From positions 22,234,283-22,298,282 of the forward strand of contig NC_090396.1 in the NCBI RefSeq assembly GCF_036365525.1: a stretch of 64,000 bases of DNA, given 5' to 3'. A model generated the notes under the pieces. That model did no database searches. It saw nothing but the letters and a program-made list of their open reading frames with translations, and was not told the origin of the DNA. Made by a program: the position numbers and the translations under genes. The stretch's first letter is position 1, and each line of letters begins with the position of its first letter. This document shows, piece after piece, positions 1-12,322 of this stretch. Origin of the DNA: Heterodontus francisci (taxonomy: Eukaryota).

Positions 1-1180
1 TGGCCACATATTCATGGGAGTGTAGATCAACTAACACAAAAGCCGCTTTTCTGCAGGGTGATACTTTTCAGAGAAAATGTTTCTGAAACTACCTAAAGAG
101 GCAGTAGGTGCAGAAGGAAAACTATGGAAACTAAACAAATGTATCTATGGCCTTAATGATGCTTGCAGGGTGTGGTATTTCTCCGTGAGATCTGTTTTGT
201 TGAAAATAAGTTGTGTTCAACTAAAAGCAGATCCTGTGATGCTTTATTGGGATAAAGGGAAACTTTCAGATGTATTCATGATGCATGTTGATGATTTCTT
301 ATGGGGTGGTACGACTGAATTTGAGAAATCTTATTAAGACTGGGAGTTAGGCTAGTGGAATTTTCAAATATATTGGTTTAGATATTAAGCAGACTAAGTC
401 TGGAATAACTTTAAATCAATAATCCTATTTAGAGAGTGTTACTCCCATCCCAGTTAATCATGCTAGGTCACTACAAAGATAATATACCTAAAGAGACAGC
501 AATTGCAAAGCTTGATTGAGGGCGCAACCAGTTTAAATGACCAGGCTAGGCCTGATGCTAGTTTTAATGTGTTAAAGTTAAGTACTATGAAGAAACTCCC
601 AAAGGTTGAGTGTTTTAAGGGCAAATAAAACAGTAAAAAAATTAAATCTGGAGAAATGCATGCTTAAGTTCCCATCCTTAGGTATCCCAAAGAATATGAA
701 TTTTTAGTAATGCTTCACATGCTAATCTTCCTGTTGGGTACTCAGGTGCTGCTGGTTTCACAATATTTTTAATGGGTGAAGATGGGAAATATTGTCCTTT
801 AGCTTTGGAAGTTAAGAAAATAAAAAGGGTCGTTAAAAGTACTTTAGTTGCGGAAACTTTGGCTCTTGTGGATGCAGGGGATATAGGATTCTATTTGTCA
901 AATATCTTAGGTGAGATTCTGTACAAGGGTCGTACTGTAGATAGTTTACCCACTGAATGTTATGTAGATAATTGTTCCCTGTGGGATAATCTACATTCTC
1001 CAAAATGTGTGAGTGGAAAAAGATTACAGATTGACTTTGCTGGTTGGAACAAATGCTGGAGGGAAAGGAAATCTCCAAAATTAAATGGGTATATGTAACT
1101 CGACAACTATCTCTTTTATTAAAAGAAATGCTTGTATAAAGAAATTGTTAGGGGTCCTAGAAAAGGGGCACCTTGCAATT
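1..1180 (+). mobile_element. Ty1/Copia pol relic (RT and RNase H), with frameshifts and stops; 5' part outside the window
   Basis: ORF 77-337 has the Copia RT motifs KLNKCIYGL and MHVDD. ORF 772-1098 has Copia RNase H-like KRVVKSTLVAETLAL...CYVDN. RT-RH lies directly before the PPT and LTR, as expected for Copia domain order. Confidence 0.85.
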
Positions 1181-1271
1181 TAATACTTTGCACAGAATGT
1201 GGAATTTATTTTGATTTGTTTTGAAATATCTGTGCATGTTAAACTCTAAGTTTTATTTGAAGAAAGGAATC

Positions 1272-1472
1272 TGTTAATTGTGTTTAATCATATGCAGGTG
1301 GCGTGTGTTAATTAGGGTCTTGAGTATATATAAGGAGATACTTACTGAAACTGGGGAAGGTTTGAGTGAGAATCTGCATGTTTGTGATTATTTTTTAATT
1401 TGTAAAATAAATGCAAGATGAGTAAAAATTGGCTCCAGCATAACCCTTCAGCTAGCTTTCTGGAATAGAACA
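1272..1472 (+). repeat. Probable 3' LTR of the Copia element (about 200 bp)
   Basis: Purine tract GAAGAAAGGAA immediately before TGTT (1272). Ends in AACA (1472). Internal TATATATAA (~1325) and AATAAA (~1406). Confidence 0.7.
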
Positions 1473-1504
1473 CCCAGAAGCATAACTGTGCCACCTCCTT
1501 CAGC

Positions 1505-2318
1505 ATATATACAAACATACGAATTTAGGAACAGAAGTAGACCATTCAGCCCCTCGAGCTTGCTCCGCCATTTGATAAGATCATGGCTGATCTGATTGTG
1601 TCCTCAACTTTACTTTCCTTGTCCATCCCCTATATCCTTTGACTCCCCCATCAATCAAAAATCTATCTAACTCAGCCTTCAAAATATTCAATGACCCTGC
1701 CTTCCCTGCTCTCTGGATAAGAGAATTCCACAGCCTAACGACCCTCTAAGAGAAAGAAATTCTCATCTCCATCTTAAATAGGAGACTCCTTATTTTTAAA
1801 CTGTGTTCCCTGGTTCTAGTCTCTCATAAGGGGAAACATCCTCTCATCATCCACCCTGTCAAGTCCCCTCAAGATCTTACATGTTTCAATAAGATCACCT
1901 CTCATTCTTCTAAACTCTAATGGATACAAGCCCAACCTTTCCTTCATAAGATAACCCCTCATCCCAGGAGTCAATCGAGTGAATCTTTTCTGAACTGCTT
2001 CTAATGCAATTATATCCATTCTTAGTAAGAAGACCAAAACTGTACACAGTATTGCAGATGTGATTTCACCAAAGTCCTGTACAACTGTAGTCAGACTTTC
2101 CTACTTTTATACTCAATTCCCCTTGCAATAAATGGCAACATTCCATTTGCCTTCCTAGTCACTTGCTGTACCTGCATACTATTTTTGATTCATGTACCAG
2201 GACACCCAGATCTCTCTGTACCGCAGAGTTCTGCAATCTCTCTATATTTAAATAATACACTGCTTTTCTATTCTTCCTATCAAAGTAGACAAGTTCACAT
2301 TTTCCCACATTATATTCC
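1505..2318 (-). mobile_element. CR1-type LINE, 5'-truncated ORF2 3' fragment
   Basis: ORFs 1816-2037 (LEAVQKRFTRL...RRMRGDLIE) and 2159-2398 (EYNVGKC...QRDLGVLVHES). CR1 3' tail near 1510-1590. Confidence 0.9.
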
Positions 2319-2319
2319 A

Positions 2320-3070
2320 GGGCAAGGACAGTGCTGCCTGAGGCCATAAAGGTCACAGTGGCATTAAATTTCTTTCCAGGCAGGAGCAAGGGACACATCC
2401 CAAACCTCCTAGTATGCCATCCTTCGATGTATCTGGGAGGAGACTAAGGCCATCTATGTCAGTAGCAGCGAACACATCATTTTCTCTCTCAGCAGGAAGA
2501 AGCAGGATGAGAAGGCATGTGGCTTTGTGCAGATAGCAGGATTCCTGAAGGGGCAGGGCCCATCGACAGCATACGCGTGGCTCAATGGACCCCCCATGTC
2601 AACGGGGAGATGTATAGGAACCGCAAGGGCTACCACTCAATTAATGGACGACCATGCGTAGTACATCATGTCGGTGAATGCCCACCATCCTGGCAGCAGT
2701 CACAATGCCTTCATTCTGAGGCTGTCTGTCATTCCCACTGTCTTTGTGTCTCCAGCAATAACCAAAGCGTGGCTGCTCAGGGACAAAGCCTAACCCCTAT
2801 ACATGTGACTGATGTCCCCTCGCCCTCACCACACAAACATATAAGGACAACACGTGTATCATGAGAACCATGGAGCCACTAGCAGTGTGGTAAAGTAGAC
2901 CATCGGTGAGCTGAAGCAAAGCTTCTGCTGCCAGGATCATTCGAGGTGGGGGGGGGGGGGGGGGGGTGGGGAGAGGGGGAAGAGCCCTGAAGTAATTACG
3001 AATGGGTGTCCAAGTTAGCAGTGGTCTGTTGCATCATCAATGACATAAGTATCATGAGGATGGCAATGGC
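2320..3070 (+). pseudogene. Harbinger (HARBI1-like) DDE transposase remnant
   Basis: Motifs GPIDSIRVA, YRNRKGYHSIN, PGSSHNAFIL, WLLRDKA and TIGELKQSFCC are spread over several frames. Confidence 0.8.
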
Positions 3071-3549
3071 TGTGCCAGGAATCCAGAAACCATGTTGAGA
3101 GGAGGAGGCAGGGAGGATGCATCCTGGACTCCTTCATTCTGGACTGACAGTCGAGAGTGCCTCCTCAGACGTTGTTATCCATAGGACAACTTTCCTTTAC
3201 CACCATTCCCCACCATTACATTCATCTGAGATGCTCCATCACAGCATCATCTTGGCCAACATCCTACAGTAAAAGCCACCAATAAAAACCTTTTCATTAA
3301 CATCCTTATCCAACAATACATGAAATTCTGGGAATATCGGAACAGGAGTAGGCCATTTTAGCTCCTCGAGCCTGTTCCGCCAATCAATGAGATCATGGCT
3401 GATTTGTGATGTAATTATACAAACAAAACTGAAATATTCACCCTTGTGCATTTCTTAGTGCCTGTGTTGTGGGTGCCTTTGCCTGTTCTAATGCTCCTAT
3501 GCAGTTTTACCCCAATGGCTGCAGCATGGCCAGTGGAAGACTGCTGACT

Positions 3550-6500
3550 TCCACTAAGGCAGACTGCAGATGGTCTTGGAGGATGATCCTGAACAGCTCT
3601 GGGCCTTGAGGGCCAGATTGCACCACTTCTGCATGTGCAGCAACAGTCTGGGCTGGCTAACAGACAACAGCAGGGTCACTGGCGGAGTGGCAGTGGTGGG
3701 AACATGAATGCTGTCATCCTGAGGGAGGACAGCAAGTTTGTCCACCATGTGCCACTGCCACTACCTCAGTATGGTGCTTCAGCAATCCTAGTAATCTGCT
3801 GGAGGACGTTGAACCCTGAGATCTGCAGCCATGATGGCAACAGTCTGAGCTTGGATGGTACCAAGCATAGATCTCATGTTCTCAGTCTGATTTTCCACTG
3901 CAGCACTCAGACGTTGGGTGACTTCTGCCTGTGCTGCGATGAAAGCTGAGACATCGGCCATCAGCCGCTGCATCACTGGTAGGTCTGGAATGTGCTGCCA
4001 TGGAGTTAGCTATCAATTCAATGCTGGAAAGGATGGGCTCATAGCTCTGCACGATGCCCAGTGCCAGGTTGGAGCTGGACTTCCCCATGCCCCTTGACAG
4101 TGACAGGGGGCTGTCTGGCAGGCCAACCTATGCACTAAGCATTATGATGTGTATGTTCATCAGTGTTCTCCTGTTTGCACCCCCACCCCACCCCACCCCA
4201 CCATCAAAGACCTCATCTGAGTCCCCTGCAGCAGAACTTGTCTGCAACCTCTCCCTCTGGTGAGCTGGCACATAAAATCATCGAATCATAGAAAGTTTAC
4301 AGCACAGAAAGAGGCCACTTGGCCCATCATGTCTGCGCCGGCTGAAAAACGATCCGCCCAGTCTAATCCCACCTTCCAGCATTTGGTCCGTAGCCCTGCA
4401 GATTACAGCGCTTGAGGTGCATATCCAGATTCCTTTTGAATGAGTTGAGGGTTTCTGCCTCGACTACCCTTTCAGGCAGTGAGTTCCAGACCCCCACCAC
4501 CCTCTGGGTGAAAAACCTTTTCCTCATCTCCCCTCTAATCTTTCTACCAATCACTTTAAATCTATGCCCCCTCGTCACTGACCTCTCTGCTAAGGTGAAT
4601 AGGCCCTTCACCTCCACTCTATCCAGGCCCCTCAAACTTTTGTACATTTCAATCAGATCTCCCCTCGGCCTTCTCTGTTCCAAGGAGAACAACCCCAGCT
4701 TATCCAATCTTTCCTCATAGTTGCATTTTTCCAGTCCCAGCAACATCCTTGTAAATCTCCTCTGTACCCTCTCTAGGGCAATTACATCCTTCCTTTAATG
4801 AGGTGACCAGAACTGCACACAGTACTCAAGTTGTGACCTAATCAATGATTTATACAGTTCCAGCATAACCTCCCTGCTCTTATATTCTATATCTCGGCTA
4901 ATAACGGAAAGGATTCCATATGCCTTCTTAACCACCTTATCGATCTTTCCTGCTACCTTCAGGGATCTGTGGACATTCACTCCAAGGTCCCTCACTTCCT
5001 CTACACTTCTCAGTATTTTCCTATTAATCGTGTATTCCTTTGCCTTGTTTGACCTTCCCAAATGCATCAACTCACACTTCTCCAGGTTGAATTCCATTTG
5101 CCACTTTTCTGCCCATCTGACCAGATCATCAATATCTTCCTGCAGTCTACAGCTATCCTCCTCGCTATCTACCACATGGCCAATCTTTGAGGCGTCTGCA
5201 AACTTCTTGATCGTGCCCCCGACATTTACGTCCAAATCGTTAATATATACCACAAAAAGCAGGGGACCAGTACTGAGCCCTGCAGAACACCACTGGAAAC
5301 AGCCCTCCAGTCACTAAAACACCCATCAACAATTACCCTTTGTTTCCTGTCACTGAGCCAATTTTGTATCCACCTTGCTGCATTTCCCTGCTACCCATGG
5401 GATTTTATTTTTTAACCAGTCTGTCATGTGGGACCTTGTCAAAAGCCTTGCTAAAATCCATGTAGACCACATCAACTGCACTACCCTCATCTATCTTCCT
5501 TGTTATTTCTTCAAAACATTCGATCAAGTTGGTCAGGCAAGAACTTCCCTTAACAAATCCATACTGACTGTCCTTGATTAATCTGTGCCTTTCTAAGTAA
5601 CAGTTTATCCTGTTTCTCCAAATTGATTCCAATAATTTGCCCACTACTGAGGTTCAACTGACTGGCCTGTAATTATTCGGTCTATTCTTCGCTCCCTTTT
5701 TAGACAGAGGTACAAAGTTAGCAGTTCTCCAATCCTCCAGCACCACACCTGTATCCAGTGAGGACTGGAAAATGAACTATCCTTTCCCCTGGCCTGGCTG
5801 CAGTCCACTCGTGGCCAATGATGACTCATGCAGATGCCACCTCTATACTACCCTTTAAGGTACGTGCTGTGCCAATATCTGAGCTGGTGGCTGCGTGTGT
5901 CAGACCAAGTGACGGTGTTTCCTCATCACTATTGTGGGATTACTCTCGCTATTCTTCTTCGGCCTGCTGTAGCTAGGCAGGCGGCAGCTCTTGGGTATCT
6001 GAAAGCATAAAATCAGCAGGGGAAGGCTAAGTGAGGGACAGTGGGTAGGGTCTAATGCAAGAGGTCCATGGTCACATCAGCAGCTTGCACTTCATGTCAG
6101 GTAGCAGGATGAGGGTGAGCTGGCAGTTGGGAAGGAGCATGAGACAGGAACTTGCCATCATCCTCAATGGCATGCCGTGACGCTGAGAGCACGGGCTCTG
6201 TCACAGCCAGTCCCATGATGCACAGCACCATCTCCTCTGTCGGCTCAGGAGATGAAGGCGTGCTTGACTCATGCCATTTCAGCTTCACTGCCTTCTATTG
6301 TGAGCCACATTGTCCTGCAAGATAGACGTAGGACGTCGATGATTGTGTAGCACTCTGGGTGATGTGCTCATCATCGTCAAATAGCTGGAGTTATATGGAG
6401 GCAGCGAGAGGTGGGTGAGGCTGGCGGCATTGGGGTGAGGGTGAGGAGAATGTGAGTGTTAGGCTTGAGTCTTGAGTGCCAGGGAATGCTGCTGGGTGAG

Positions 6501-6817
6501 TGGGCTGTGATGCATTGAGCAGCGGGAGAGTTTGGTCGTGTGGTGGGCCAGAGATATCCTGTGAAGATATATTCACTGACCTTCACCACCCACGTGAGGT
6601 CATTGAACTACTTCTGGCCCTGCTGCCTGATCTTTGGAGCCAGACTCTGGGAGTGGACCTCCCTGGTCACATGCTTCCATTCCCTTTGGAGGGTTTGCTT
6701 TGAGGGTCTTCTGGCCTCCTGTGGAAACATGCCATCCCTCTCCTCCGGTTCACCTCCATAATTAAGGCCTTCACCACCACAGAATCTGGAAGCCTTCTCT
6801 CTGCCCTGGTGCTTCAT
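3550..6817 (-). pseudogene. Harbinger Myb/SANT-like DNA-binding gene remnant with introns, split by a CR1 insertion
   Basis: 6608-6817 reads RPSKQTLQREWKHVTREV...QGQK*FNDL. Minus-strand donor AAG|GTCAGT at 6580 and acceptor TTGCAG| at 6315. A homologous copy lies at 9600-10905. Confidence 0.7.
4277..5775 (-). mobile_element. CR1-type LINE, 5'-truncated (RT domain to 3' end)
   Basis: ORFs 5405-5644 (YMDFSKAFDKVPH), 4795-5253 (YINDLD...KFAD) and 4363-4746. 3' tail at ~4277-4330. Confidence 0.95.
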
Positions 6818-6995
6818 TTCCCCATTCTGCAGTGATGGTCAGCAGTCGCCTCCTTTGATGCAGTGCAGATTCCCTTTAAGAGGCATAGGCTGCCTTTGAA
6901 AGCTGCAGGCGAGCTGGAACATGTGCTAGTGTCGCAAATTTTTAGGTCTCCTGTTGAGCCTGCAGCCAGCCAGCAAAGCAGGTTGCAATGTGCAG

Positions 6996-7569
6996 TAAAA
7001 ACAGAAAGTGCTGGAAATACTCAGCTGGTCTGGCAGCACGTGTGAATAGAGAAACAGAGTTAGTTTTCAGGTCTGTGACCTTTCATCAGAACTGGCAAAG
7101 GTTAGAAATGTAATCGGCATTGAGCAAGTGAAAAGAGGGAGGGGGGAAGAAGAACAAAAGGGAAGGTGTGTGATAGAGCAGAGGGCAGGAGAGATTAAAT
7201 GACAAAGATGTCATGGAACAAAGACAAAGGGAGTGCTAATAGTTGTAGTAAAAGACAAAGGATTAATCCAGAGAGTGTGTTAATGGCAGAATAATGAACA
7301 GCTCTGTCCAAAAGCAAAAGCTGAAAAACAGGTTTAAGATAGGCCCGTGGTTATAAAATAAAATTAAAAGAAAGGCAGTCATGCTGGGAAATTATTGAAC
7401 TCAATGTTGAGTCCACAATGCTGTAGAGTACCTAATCGGAAGATGAGGAGCTGTTCCTCAAGCTTGCATTGAGCTTCACTGGAACACTGCAGCAGGCCAA
7501 GGGCAGAAATGTTGGCATGGGAGCAGGGTGGTGAATTGAAAGGGCAAGCAACCGGAAGCTCGGTCATGC
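6996..7569 (-). mobile_element. Penelope-like element 3' fragment (GIY-YIG endonuclease C-terminus plus pLTR)
   Basis: ORF 7379-7645 ends PVACPFNS...KLEEQLLIFRLGTLQHCGLN. Flanked by a 13-bp TSD, TTGCAATGTGCAG (6983-6995) and TTGCAACGTGCAG (7570-7582). Hammerhead-like motif at ~7057-7095. Confidence 0.85.
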
Positions 7570-7859
7570 TTGCAACGTGCAGCCCAGTGCGATCATGGAA
7601 ATGAGAAAGCAGCAAGTAGTCAGCATGCGTCACGGGAAGGGGCAAGGGCAGATTGCGAACTGTGACCCTGCACCTGAAAATGAATTTTTAGCCCCATGGC
7701 TTTAGGCTGCCCAAAATTTAATTCAAAGGAATTTCTGCTCATCTAATTCTAGATGGCGTTCAAGCAGCGTGACAAATCAAAGGCAGTGGAGGAGCTGAGA
7801 GAAGGGCGGTAATGAAGTAGAGCTGGCTGTCGCCAGCTGACATGTTAAACTGATATTAT

Positions 7860-8610
7860 GGGTTGAATCTTGTGGACCTGCCTCTAGGAGTGGTGGCGGG
7901 CATGAAGAATAGCAGCCAGCATACACATGCCGCGCGCCGCCATGCCGCCAGACCACCGTGATCTTGAGCCTGGCGGCTCATTATCATATACAGTGGGCCC
8001 GCCCCCCCCCCTCAACCCCACAATCACGTGACTAGGGCAGCCATGGCAACTCTGTGAAAGGCGTCAACTGTTTCTGCGCAGGTACTGTCGCCATTTTTAA
8101 AGGGCTGCCAGCCCTGCTCAGAGAATGCAAAGTTGCCCCCGTCCCCCTCCCCAACTACACCAAAAATGCATACTTGCCCCACCCCCCCTCAACTACACCA
8201 CCAATGTAGAGTTGGCCTTTTCTCCCCCAACTGCATTAAGTGCAGAGTTCACCGCATTCCTCCCCCTCGCTACACTACAAATGTAGAGCTCCCCCTTTCC
8301 CCACCTCGGTGGCACCACCTTTCCCTGGATGGGAAGGTGAAGGCCCATGAGTGCTGCACGTTGTGCTGAAGATCTGGAACTGCAGGTAAGATCGCTCCAG
8401 TTTTCATTTTAATTCATGCAAACAGATACTTTAAATATGTAACGTCGGGTCCCGTCGCAGAGTTGGGGTCACCACAGAGCTTCCCTGTGGTGAAGATCGG
8501 GCCCTGCAATCCCGGCGTCAGGTTCCCTGGTTGCCCGCTGCCACTCCGATCTTCTGCCCTGCGCCCCCCGCCACAGAGCCCGACGTCGTGAGGAGAAAAG
8601 AATCCAGCCC
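7860..8610. mobile_element. MITE / non-autonomous Harbinger-like element
   Basis: Imperfect TIRs GGGTTGAATCTT...AAGAATCCAGCCC. Flanks TAT/TGT. GC-rich interior homologous to 49440-50196 (shared GTCGCCATTTTTAAAGGGCT). Confidence 0.7.
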
Positions 8611-9104
8611 TGTGTTTTCAAATGATGGCCCTGAGAAATAGGAGAAGCTCCAGGATAGATCTGTGTGGGACACCAGAGGTAACGGTGCAAGAGTGGGAAG
8701 TGAAGCCATCGCAGGTGATACTCTCGCTGTGACTGGATAGATCAGAATGGAAGCAGGTGAGGGTAGTCCCATTCAGCTGGACAACAGAGGAGAGCCATTG
8801 GAGGAGGATGGTATAAGCCAGATTGCTTTAAAAAAGTTTCATTTCATTTCATTATTGGTAAGAATAATGTGAAAACTAAAGCTATAAATCAATTAGAATG
8901 GAAACACAGTTGGAAACACAGATAAGTGGCTTCTTCCCACACTTGTTCACCAGATAAATCTCATTTTAGTAAGCCAGCAGAACGACAAGATAGATAAAGC
9001 TGTATGAATCTTTCTGAATTGCTTTAGGCTTGGGTAAGGGAGATGAACTGAATCAGATTAATCCACTGATCTGTTCAATGAAGAGCAGGCTGGAGATATT
9101 AGGA

Positions 9105-11178
9105 GTGTGAAATTGGGTTCTGTAGCAGCGCTGGAATTGGTGCTACGGAAGCTGGAGACCCTCCAAGTGGGGCGCACACATCTCCAGCCATGTTCAGCTC
9201 AGCCCACTCAACATTCTATATTGGGAATGGTGCTCCCGCGGGCATGCTGTGTGTGTGCTGGAAGATTCTCAATTGGCCAGATCATGACGTCAAACAGCCG
9301 TTCTGGCTGCTTTGACGTACAATTTACAAACTTGGATCATGCAGGTCCACTCAACGTATTTGCTTGTCACTCACAAAAGAACATTCATTCAGCTTTAAGA
9401 GGGACCCCTCCCCTGCAAAACCCCAACCCTACTAGCATTACTTAAAGGGCCAGGCACCCAACTTGCTGGTAAGTTGATTTAAACTGGTGCAAAGTTTCCG
9501 GAGGTACTGTGGAGCATTTGGAGGTGTTCTGAGTCACTTAATTTGGCAGAGTGTTGCGGCAGCCTCACAGGGAGGGTACCTGGTGACCTGTCCACACCAA
9601 GGCTACAACAGGTAGCAGGCAGCAGTTGCAGGGCCACTGGCTCAGCAACACGACAGGGAGATGAAGCAGAGGCTGCAGAGAGGGGAAGCTCTAAGCAATG
9701 CCCTCTGCCAGTTTGGAGCCAGACTCCTTCATTCTCCCTGACAGAGGCTGTTTTGGCAGGCCAGACAATGCAGCAAGCATCTCGGTGTGCATCCTCATCA
9801 GCGTTCTCTTGTATGCTGCCCCATCGAAGTCCTCATCTGATCCCCAGCAGCAGTACTCATCTGTGACCTCACCCTCCCGTGAGCTGACGCACAAACAATC
9901 CTTTCCCCTCGGCCTGCCTGCAGCCCACTTGTTCCCAATGACTAACTATTTACAGATCCCAGCTCCATACTAGCCTTTAAGGTATGTACAGTGCCAATAT
10001 CTGAGCTGATGGCTGCGGTTATCGAGCTAATGGTGGGGCCACTTCATTGTCTTGTGCTGTTGCTCTCTCTCTCTTCCTCCTGGGTGTGCTATGGCTGGGC
10101 AGGCAGTTCTTGGGTGTCTGAAAGCAGAAAATCAGAAAAGGGAAGGTGGGTGAGGGAAGCTGGGTGTAGCAGAAAGAGGGAGATCCAGAATCACACCATC
10201 TGCAACTTGCGTGTCATGCCATAAATAGGATGAGGACGAACTGGAAATTGAGAAGGGGCATAAGGCAGGAACGTATGGTCATCCTCAGTGTCCTCAGCAA
10301 TTCTGGTTGCCAGGGGCTCTGTCGCAGCTGGTCCCATGATAGAAACATCTCCTCCGTCAGGCTCAGGAGATGCACACGTCTTTGTCTTCCACTGGTTCTC
10401 TAGTGGTTATGGGCAACCTTGTCCTGCAAGAGAGAGGGCAGAATGTCAGTGATTCTGTTGCACTGTGTTTCGATGATGTGCCTGCCACAACTAAACAGCT
10501 GGTGGTATATGTAGGTAGCAACTGCTGGATGTGAGGGTAAGGCAGGGTATGTGATGGTTAAACTCGGGTCTCGAGCACTAAGGACTGCTGATGGGTGAGT
10601 GATGGGGTGTTGTGCATTGAGCAACTTGAAAGGTTGGTCGTGCAGTTGATATGACATCCTTTGAAGATGCCTTAACCAGCCACGTGAGATCATTAAGCTT
10701 CTTGTGGCACTGCTACCAGGTCCTCAGGACGAAAAATCTTGCATTGATCAGCCAGGCCACCTGCTTCCCTTCACTTCGAAGGGTGGTCCTTGAGGGCCTC
10801 CTGGCCCCTGCAGAAACATGACTTCTCTTCTCCACTCTACCTCCATGTCGAAGGCCTTTAGCACCTTATCTATGAACCTAGGATCCCTCTCTCTTCCCTG
10901 AAGCTCCGTTTGTGCAACTCCTACTTGTAGTCATTGTCAGTACAGGCAGTCTGCAGCATCTCCCTTTCACTGAGTGCAGCTCCCCTTTCTGTCTTTAAGA
11001 GAAGCAGTCTGGCTGCACCGCTTGCAATCAGTATACAATGCTCTCAGGCAGCCAGTAGCATGGACCCCACTTAGAACAATGCTACAAACAGGTAAATGAT
11101 GAAGCAGCACCAAGTTTTCATGCTGCCTGCCTCAATGCCAAAGGGCCCTGGAAAACAGGTCAGAACCGATTTTTAGCT
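9105..11178 (-). mobile_element. Harbinger relic 2, carrying only the Myb/SANT gene remnant (~9600-10905)
   Basis: Imperfect inverted termini GTGTGAAATTGGGTTCTG / CAGAACCGATTTTTAGC. Minus strand reads RRPSRTTLR...QCHKKLNDL. Colinear with ~4000-4275 plus 5776-6900. Confidence 0.7.
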
Positions 11179-11189
11179 TAGATTTTTAA

Positions 11190-12322
11190 CATACCAACAT
11201 ACAAATTAGGAGCAGAAGTAGGCCATTCAGCCCCTCGAGCCTGCTCCGCTATTCAATAAGATCATGGCTGATCTGTCTGTGTTTTGAATTCCACACTCCC
11301 ATCTACCCTGATAACTTTTGATTCCCTTGCCTAACAAGAATCCATCTACCTCCACCTTAAAATTATTCAATGACGCCCATCTCCACCGCCTTCTGAGGCA
11401 GAGTTCCAAAGTTGCACAACTCTCTGAGAAAATATTTCTTCTCATCTCCGTCCTAAAAGGGCAACGCCTAATTTTAAAACAGTGCCCCCTAGTCCTGGAC
11501 TCACCCACAAGAGGAAACATCCTCTCCCCATCCACCTTGTCAAGACCATTCAGGATCTCATAAACTTCAATCAAGTCTCCCCTCATTCTTCTAAACTCCA
11601 GTGAAAATAAGCCCAGTCTGTCCAACTTTTCTCACAAGACAACCTGCTCATTCCAGGTATAAATCTAGTAAACCTCCTCTGAACCGCCTCCAATGCATTT
11701 GCATCCTTCCTTAAATAAAGAGACCAAAACTGCACACAGTATTCAAGATGTGGTCTCACCAATGCCCTGTATAACTGAAGCATAACATCCTTACTTTTAT
11801 TTTCAATTCCTCTCATAATAAAGGATCGCATTCCATTCGCCTTCTTTATTACTTGCTGTACCTGCATAGTAACTTTTTGTGACTCATGCACCAGAACACC
11901 TAGATCCCTCTGCAACTTGGAATTCTGCAGTCATTCTCCATTTAACTAATACTCTGCTTTTGTATTCTTCCTGCCAAAGTGAAAAACGGCACATTTTCCC
12001 ACATTATACTCCATCTGCCAGATTTTTGCCCACTCACTCAACCTATCTATCTCGGTCTGCAACCTCCTTATGTCCTCTTCACAGCATGCTTTCCTACCTA
12101 TCTTTGTGTCATCTGCAAATTTAGCTACCATGTCATCGCTCCCCTCATCTAAGTCATTGATATAAATTGTGAAAAGTTGAGACCCCAGCACAGACCCCTG
12201 CAGGACTCCACTCATGACATCCTGCCAATCAGAAAAGGACTCATTTATGCATACTCTTTGTTTTCTGCCAGCCAGCCAATCCTCTATCCATGCTAATGTG
12301 TTACCCATTACACCATGAGCTC
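11190..12322 (-). mobile_element. CR1-type LINE, 5'-truncated RT/3' fragment
   Basis: ORFs 11946-12308 (QGSVLG...YINDLD...KFADDTK), 11583-11915 (LVRPHLEYCVQFW) and 11227-11625. Confidence 0.95.

Larger units (their letters stand above)
2320..7695. mobile_element. PIF/Harbinger DNA transposon relic 1 (transposase on +, Myb/SANT gene on -), interrupted by CR1 and Penelope insertions
   Basis: Convergent transposase and Myb/SANT remnants. TIR-like end AATTTTTAGCCCC at ~7683-7695. Left end lost at the CR1 junction. Confidence 0.7.

Noticed and set aside
2947-2980. Poly-G run as a functional G-quadruplex
   Set aside because: It is a homopolymer expansion inside a dead transposase, with no evidence of function and unreliable length.
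2320-3070. Domesticated host HARBI1 gene (also 52480-53400)
   Set aside because: Multiple stops and frameshifts, several copies, and TIR/TSD context indicate transposon relics.
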